Shown here one piece after another: positions 49,902 to 55,204 of a DNA stretch of 59,561 nt. The notes beneath the pieces were generated by a model that saw only the letters and a list, made by a program, of their open reading frames with translations, was not told the DNA's origin and did not search any database. Both the position numbers and the translations under genes were made by a program. The first letter of the stretch is position 1. Each line of letters opens with the position of its first letter. The stretch comes from Terriglobia bacterium (lineage in GTDB: Bacteria > Acidobacteriota > Terriglobia > UBA7540): the NCBI GenBank assembly GCA_035532595.1, contig DATKQU010000209.1, positions 1-59,561 of the forward strand, written 5' to 3'.

Positions 49902-50780
49902 ATGACTATTGGTATTAGTTTACTTTGCGAGTCTGGCAACACACTTCTATTGGGAGCAGATGCACGTGCGTCGTATGCTGGTACGCAACCGCTCCCCCGC
50001 CCGCATGATGATATGTGCAAGATATTTACTCTTCCTTTGGGGTTTCAAGCCGTTATCGCCGGATACTTTGATGCCTGCGAAGCCGTGATAGCCTCTCTTA
50101 CAGAAGCATTTAGGCGCGTTAAACAAGAATTACAAGGAAAAGAAGTGGGGCTAGATCATCTTCGTTTTGCTGTTACAGAAGCAGAAGCGCACGAATGGCA
50201 GATTATTCTTGATAGGGAATTTCAAAAACATCTTGGTATACGGCATCGGGATTGGACAACAGGCCCGCTAGATACGCGCCTAGTTCGAGCGGGTAAGCGG
50301 ATAGTACAGCAAACAAATTTTCCCGTACACCTCATCATTACCGGTTTTACCAGCTATGAGCCAATCATTTTCACTGTATCGGGACTCGATACTATCAGTT
50401 TCCCGCAAAAATTTGCTGTTATTGGCAGCGGTTTTACATTGGCAACAAACGCCTTAAATCAACGCCAGCAGTATGAGCACATGACCTTTCAAAGAAGTGT
50501 CTTTCACTTGATCGAGGCACTAGAAGCGGCAAGGCAAGAACCGCAAGGAACGGTTGGACCGCCAAGGGACATTGTTGTAATCGAGAGAGGGGCCTATAGG
50601 TCGCTACCTGTCCAAGACCCCGTCGTGCGCCAATTGCTATCACAGTATCAAGGCAAAGACAGCAAAGACCTCGATAACGATAATGCCATTCGGCAAAAGC
50701 TACAAAGTATTTTGTACGCCAATCCGCTTGATGAAAGCAATCGGGGGCCGTCGCCGGGCGGGGTTATACCTTCTTCTTAG
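49902..50780 (+). CDS. Proteasome-beta/HslV-like Ntn-hydrolase-fold protein (orphan)
   Basis: MTIGISLLCESGNTLLLGADARAS resembles the T1...G-x-x-L-x-x-D-x-R proteasome-beta N-terminus. A Lys-Ile pair (CKIF) follows downstream, and AVIGSGFTLA appears later. Upstream track starts (49812, 49836) are possible as a propeptide. Confidence 0.55.
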   Translation: MTIGISLLCESGNTLLLGADARASYAGTQPLPRPHDDMCKIFTLPLGFQAVIAGYFDACEAVIASLTEAFRRVKQELQGKEVGLDHLRFAVTEAEAHEWQIILDREFQKHLGIRHRDWTTGPLDTRLVRAGKRIVQQTNFPVHLIITGFTSYEPIIFTVSGLDTISFPQKFAVIGSGFTLATNALNQRQQYEHMTFQRSVFHLIEALEAARQEPQGTVGPPRDIVVIERGAYRSLPVQDPVVRQLLSQYQGKDSKDLDNDNAIRQKLQSILYANPLDESNRGPSPGGVIPSS

Positions 50781-50925
50781 CCCATCGCGCTAACACCGCT
50801 TTCCGCGCTGACTGACTGCGTTGCTCTGGCGTCATAGCTGCGGCCCTGGCAGGACCGCCCTTCTTACCACCCTTGCTTCCGAGCTTGGCAAGGTAAGCTC
50901 GAAGTTCTGGAGGCATCTTGTTCAT
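50764..50925 (-). CDS. Candidate 53-aa lysine/arginine-rich small protein (below the ORF-track cutoff)
   Basis: Reads MNKMPPELRAYLAKLGSKGGKKGGPARAAAMTPEQRSQSARKAVLARWAKKKV. Convergent with, and overlapping by 17 nt, the 3' end of the Ntn-hydrolase-like gene. Confidence 0.35.
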   Translation of the reverse strand: MNKMPPELRAYLAKLGSKGGKKGGPARAAAMTPEQRSQSARKAVLARWAKKKV

Positions 50926-50966
50926 GGCCCAAACCTACCTGAGCCGCTCACGAAAGTCAAGGAAAA

Positions 50967-51128
50967 CTAGAGTGGGTGCTTCTTGAGATACAAAAACATG
51001 CCGTATGCGAGCATTACGGCGAGCATAAAGCCGTACTTACCTTTTTCTGAAGCCAGCCACAAAATGAACGTTGCGCTCGCCAATAAGCCCACAAGTGCAA
51101 ATAGCGATTTTGAAGAGTTGTCCGCCAT
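50967..51128 (-). CDS. Candidate 53-aa two-helix small membrane protein (below the ORF-track cutoff)
   Basis: Reads MADNSSKSLFALVGLLASATFILWLASEKGKYGFMLAVMLAYGMFLYLKKHPL. Two hydrophobic stretches. Weak RBS. Confidence 0.35.
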   Translation of the reverse strand: MADNSSKSLFALVGLLASATFILWLASEKGKYGFMLAVMLAYGMFLYLKKHPL

Positions 51129-51310
51129 AGGTTTTTAGGGTTTCCGGTGTGCCTGTGCCAAGGCGTCGCTTCGGCGCGGTGTGTATGGCATTTCCCCGCC
51201 TACTGGCAACGGCGATAGCCCGAGCAACAGGCACGCCGGAAATATAGCACAACCCTACGCTTAACTAGTGTCAAAACTGCCTGCAATGCAGTGCAGGCCT
51301 AAAAGTTTAT

Positions 51311-51651
51311 GGGGTGAGTAGGTCTGAGGGCTGGTGTCAATCCAGACACCAGCCCCTTAACGCCGGGCTGGTTTCTGTTAACGAGTTGCCAGTCCGACGG
51401 CAACGATTGCCAGAAGGTCAAAACCGCCTTACGACGACTCCGTTTCGGACGCAGCGCAGAATCCCTGCTTTGCGTCAGGATGCATAGTCTCTATAGGCAA
51501 AGTACACCTATGGCAAGATGGCTGTTGCCGTACCGTTGCGCGGCTGATCCTGCCGCCATCCGCACTTCTGGCCCCAGGTGCATCAAAAGTGTTTTCAATG
51601 CACACCTCCTCCCGGAGTGCCGGGTCGCCAGAATTGTAACTCACCCCACCA
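51311..51651 (+). ncRNA. Candidate structured RNA of unknown class
   Basis: A 9-bp long-range helix GGGGTGAGT (51311..51319)/ACTCACCCC (51639..51647), followed by ACCA, encloses at least 6 local hairpins (for example the 11-bp GGGCTGGTGTC/GACACCAGCCC at 51328..51355). No convincing ORF. Confidence 0.3.
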
Positions 51652-51757
51652 GTTCTGATACCGATTAAGTCACCGGCAGTGATGTCCGATCTGCCATGAG
51701 TAGCTTACGCAAATAGTTAACCTGTAGGGCAACCAAATCCAAAAAGAGAGGTATGCA

Positions 51758-52102
51758 ATGACCAAAACGCAGTGCTATAGTTCTTGGCCGGAGGGTCTAT
51801 ACCGCATGAGCCAAGAAGATCAAGACAAGCAGTTTATCAGCGACCTACAAAAATATACCGAGTTGCAAGCTAGCTTGGCGTCTGTCCAAGCAACGCTCAC
51901 CGACATCGGAAGAAATCTGAAAGGAACAGGTGAGAGCGTGGAACGCGACCCTTATAACTGCTCAACCGAGTGGGGTATATTTAAGAGCCAAACAAGCCAA
52001 ATTGAGGGGCTCGTAAAGCAGTTCAAAGAGGAATCGAACGAAAGCCAAAGGCTTGCAGAGTCATTAAGAAAAAGACGGTTTACCTTCCCGCCCAATAAGT
52101 AA
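51758..52102 (+). CDS. Hypothetical coiled-coil protein (114 aa)
   Basis: AGAGAGG RBS. Heptad-like LQKYTELQASLASVQATLTDIG and IEGLVKQFKEESNESQRLAESL. No family recognised. Confidence 0.5.
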   Translation: MTKTQCYSSWPEGLYRMSQEDQDKQFISDLQKYTELQASLASVQATLTDIGRNLKGTGESVERDPYNCSTEWGIFKSQTSQIEGLVKQFKEESNESQRLAESLRKRRFTFPPNK

Positions 52103-52181
52103 CCAACTCACGCAATTCCACCACCAAAGCCTGTGCAAGTACGTGACCGGCTCAGGCAAATTAGGACACCACCCTCAGCAA

Positions 52182-52270
52182 GGTAGTGGGTCAATTTGGC
52201 TGGGTAGCGGCGAGTTTACCTCGCCATGTGGCGGCATAAAGCCGCCTCTAGGTCAAAATGACCCACTACC
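52182..52270. mobile_element. 89-nt MITE (second copy) directly abutting the cassette TSD
   Basis: Same element as 38699..38787. Flanked by CTCAGCAA (52174..52181) and CTCAGCGA (52271..52278). Confidence 0.75.
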
Positions 52271-52457
52271 CTCAGCGACTTAGCCTACACGCGCTGGATC
52301 GACCGCGCTTGCAAAGCAATCCTCCAGGCTTAAGCGGCCAGGAAGAGCGTTTTCACAACGAAGAGGAACGCCAAGCCTGCCGTCCCGGCTGCGCTGTCGG
52401 AGTAAATTCGAAGTAAAGAGCGAATCGGCCTTCGCAGACCGAATGCAGGGAAAAACA

Positions 52458-53023
52458 GGTAAGCGCGAGCAAGCCTGTAAGCCGAATTTTGTACCCCGGA
52501 GGTCCGGGGTGGCGATCATTCATCTAGCCCCGTCATTGCTGGCGGGGTCAAGCGACCTACCCGAGAGTTGCCAGCCCGTAGCGGCGGCCCGTGACCGCCG
52601 TGCGCGGCCCGCGGGAACCCCGGCGATCACCGATCGCCGCTACAGACCTTGCGGAGCGGGTCACTCCTCCTCTCCTATTTGGTCTTGCTCCGTGTGGGGT
52701 TTGCCCTGCCCCCCATATCGCTATGGAGGCGGTGCGCTCTTACATTAAGCCGCCTGCGCGGCCGCACCTTTTCACCCTTACCGCGTCCCCATTCTGGAAT
52801 TCCAGAGGAGACGCCGGCGGTATCTTTTCTGTGGCACTTTCCGTACCGGAGGCGTACGCTCGCTTGCGCGAAATCCCCCTCCGGCCCTCGCTGTTAGCGA
52901 GCACACTACCCTGTGGAGTTCGGACTTTCCTCTCCTCCGCTCCCGCTTGCCTGCCCCGTGCCCGTGAAGGCCGGAAACAGGCGCCTGAGCGGAGCAGCGA
53001 TCACCCGGCTTACTCGCGCTGCC
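52458..53023 (-). ncRNA. rnpB: RNase P RNA, bacterial type A, unusually long
   Basis: The minus strand reads GGAGGAGAGGAAAGTCCGAACTCCACAGGG, GGTAAGGGTGAAAAGGTGCGG...TAAGAGCGCACC, CACGGAGCAAGACCAAATAGG and GGGTAGGTCGCTTGA...CTAGATGAATGATCGCCAC...ACAAAATTCGGCTTACAGG. P1 is GCGCGAGTAAGCC/GGCTTGCTCGCGC. Ends are good to about 5 nt either way. Confidence 0.9.
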
Positions 53024-53078
53024 AGATTTTATGATAGGCTTTGGAAGACGGCGGGGTCAAGCGGCCCGGCGTCTGCCT

Positions 53079-54419
53079 ATGATGCGACGTCTCCTTTTGC
53101 TCGTTTCTTTGTTTACCTTTCTGGGGGCCCAGGGTTTCTCCGGCCCCAGCTCCGCCAGGGGGTTCGACCAACAGGCAAACCCGCCCTCGCCTTCTACATC
53201 CCTCGAGTCGCCGGCGGCCAACCCGCAATCGGTCCTTGCGCAAGCCGATTCGATTTTCGAACAGATGAGCCGCATTACCGGGTTGCCCATCAAGTCACCA
53301 CTCAAGAAGCGGATCGTGAGCCGTCCCGAAATCCGGAAATTCTTGATTGGCAACTTGCACGCCGAGTACACTCCCCAGGAAATCCACGTGCAAGAAGCCA
53401 CCCTGCGGGCCTTCGGCCTGGTCTCGCGGAACTTTGACCTGGAAAAATTCCTCATCGGCTTTTATACGGAGCAAGCCGCCGGATTTTACGATCCGCGCAC
53501 CAAAACCATGTACCTGGCCGACTGGGTTCCAGCCGACACCCAGCAGATGGTGCTGGCCCACGAATTGACTCACGCCCTGCAAGATCAAAATTTCAATCTC
53601 CTGCGCTACATGCACGCCGTGAAATCCGATGATGACGCAGAGGCCGCTCGCCAAGCCGTGGTGGAGGGCTATGCGACCGCGGCCATGTTTCAACGCATGC
53701 TCGGATCGACCAACCTGGCGGTGCTTCCCTCTTTCGATACCCTGATCGGGCCTCTGATCCATCAGCAGATGGCAGAGTTTCCGGTCTTCTCAAACGCCCC
53801 TCTCTTTTTCCGCCTGGAGGCGCTTTTCCCCTATATTCAAGGCGCAACTTTTATTGAAAAGGGGCTCAAAAAGGCAGGAGGGTGGAAGGAACTGAACACC
53901 CTTTTCACTTCGCCGCCCACATCCACCAAAGCCATCTATCAGCCGGATGTCTATTTCGGTCACATGCCGCTTCCCAAGGTCCAGCTTCCGGCGCGGACCC
54001 CGCTCGACTCCGTTCCGGGACTGGCGAAGCTCGATGAAAACAGCCTGGGCGAGCTTGGTTTCAATGCGCTGCTGGGGCAGTTTCTCTCCGAAGAGAGAGC
54101 CAAGTCGGTCAGCGCCGATTGGCTTGCCGACCGCTACATGCTTTACGAAGATGGCGCCAAGCACAGCTACGCCCTGGTTGCCCGAGCGCGCTGGGCGAAT
54201 CCGGAAGCGGCGCTGACGTTCTTCCGCGATTACCACGCCGTCCTGGTGCAGAAATACGCCGAGCTTTCGCCGGACGCCCGTTCCACGCCGCAGTGCTTTA
54301 TCGGCCACACTTCGAGCGGCGAGGTCATTCTTTCGCGGGCGGGCGACGAAGTCCGCTGGGCGGAGGGCGTCCCTGCCAACAAAGTTCAAGCCATGATGAA
54401 GTGGCTGAATTCCCTTTGA
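53079..54419 (+). CDS. Exported HExxH zinc-metalloprotease-like protein
   Basis: Start moved to MMRRLLLLVSLFTFLGAQG (the track start would overlap the rnpB promoter). HELTHALQDQ motif. Confidence 0.7.
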   Translation: MMRRLLLLVSLFTFLGAQGFSGPSSARGFDQQANPPSPSTSLESPAANPQSVLAQADSIFEQMSRITGLPIKSPLKKRIVSRPEIRKFLIGNLHAEYTPQEIHVQEATLRAFGLVSRNFDLEKFLIGFYTEQAAGFYDPRTKTMYLADWVPADTQQMVLAHELTHALQDQNFNLLRYMHAVKSDDDAEAARQAVVEGYATAAMFQRMLGSTNLAVLPSFDTLIGPLIHQQMAEFPVFSNAPLFFRLEALFPYIQGATFIEKGLKKAGGWKELNTLFTSPPTSTKAIYQPDVYFGHMPLPKVQLPARTPLDSVPGLAKLDENSLGELGFNALLGQFLSEERAKSVSADWLADRYMLYEDGAKHSYALVARARWANPEAALTFFRDYHAVLVQKYAELSPDARSTPQCFIGHTSSGEVILSRAGDEVRWAEGVPANKVQAMMKWLNSL

Positions 54420-54960
54420 TCCCCAGGCTGGTTTCTCCAAAGGCGATCCGGTTGCCGTCTTGCTATGGTTTGCCGGGAACCGCTTCTGTGCCAGCGTCTT
54501 TCACAGCAGGCAGCGCAGGGCTCGCAACGGGCGGCTTTTCGTCTCTGTAGCGGCGATGTGCCATCGCCGGATTTGCCGCCCTTCCAGTTCTTGCGGTTTG
54601 CGGGATCGCGCCCCTCATGCTCTGTAGCGGCGTCTATGACCGCCGGCCTTTGCCGTTCTGCAATCTCAAATCTGCAATCTTCAATCGCCGCGAGCCGGCA
54701 GCCTCGGCATGCTCTCTATGCCGCGCGCCCTTCGCTCCAGAACGTATGCGGATTGCCGAAAACGGGCGGACACCGTCCGCCCCTACGATCCGAGCGGCGC
54801 TTTGTCGCCGGTTGGTTTGTAGGGGCAATTCACGAATTGCCCTTTTGGAGTTCGTCGCCACATCCCCCGCCCCGCTTCGCGTTTATTCCTGTAGCGGCGC
54901 TCTGCGAGCGCCGGTTCGTGCTTAGATAAAAACCGGCGGTCATAGAGCGCCGCTACAGTG
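54420..54960. repeat. REP cluster (BIME-like) in a 785-nt noncoding gap
   Basis: CTGTAGCGGCG-loop-CGCCGG units at 54545..54570 and 54621..54645. Palindromic doublet at 54889..54957. Other hairpins GGGCGGACACCGTCCGCCC (about 54763) and GGGGCAATTCACGAATTGCCC (about 54822). AATCTSAAATCTGCAATCTTCAATC tract. Confidence 0.8.
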
Positions 54961-55204
54961 GGTTGGCTCGCTTGGCGCATTCCCAACCGCGGGCCGTTTG
55001 CATTGGCAGACAACCCCACGGTGCCAACAACTGTATTCTGTTTCAGGAGAATTGCGTTCCGCTTGGTACGTTCTCTTCTTGCCCGGCTCATTCCTTCGTG
55101 ATAACTTTCAACGCTTGTAAAGCAAGTAATCAGTCGCCTCGATTCCATGCCACTCCGAGGCACATTTCTATGCAAGCTAACTCAACCGGCGACGGCGGCA
55201 TTCA

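Larger units (their letters stand above)
49733..52173. mobile_element. Transposase-less cargo cassette (mobile-insertion-cassette-like) with 28/29-bp TIRs and an 8-bp TSD (CTCAGCAA)
   Basis: Left end GGTGGTGTCCAATTTGCCTGAGCCGGTC (49733..49760). The reverse complement of 52145..52173 is identical apart from one extra T. CTCAGCAA at 49725..49732 and 52174..52181. The interior is visibly AT-richer than the flanks. Confidence 0.65.

Noticed and set aside
51311-51651. tmRNA (ssrA) hypothesis for the structured region, prompted by a GGGGTGA.../...TCACCCC-ACCA acceptor-like closure
   Set aside because: No T-arm (GGTTCGAnTCC-type stem-loop) directly precedes the 3' strand. I could not find a resume codon or a tag ORF ending in an ALAA-like sequence, and there is no smpB nearby. 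It is kept only as an unclassified structured-RNA candidate.
49733-52173. Prophage or integrative island using rnpB as an att site
   Set aside because: There are no integrase, excisionase or phage structural genes. The boundaries are inverted repeats with an 8-bp duplication, which is transposition-type, not a direct repeat of the rnpB 3' end.
52443-53243. Track ORFs 52443..52748, 52591..53034, 52649..52897, 52913..53437 and 53010..53243 (-)
   Set aside because: They overlap RNase P RNA and its promoter. Their translations are low-complexity Pro/Arg/Ala-rich with no motifs, so they are treated as spurious.
54420-54960. CRISPR array
   Set aside because: The repeats are palindromic hairpins of several different families with irregular spacing. 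There are no uniform repeat-spacer periodicity and no cas genes. They are REP/BIME-type.
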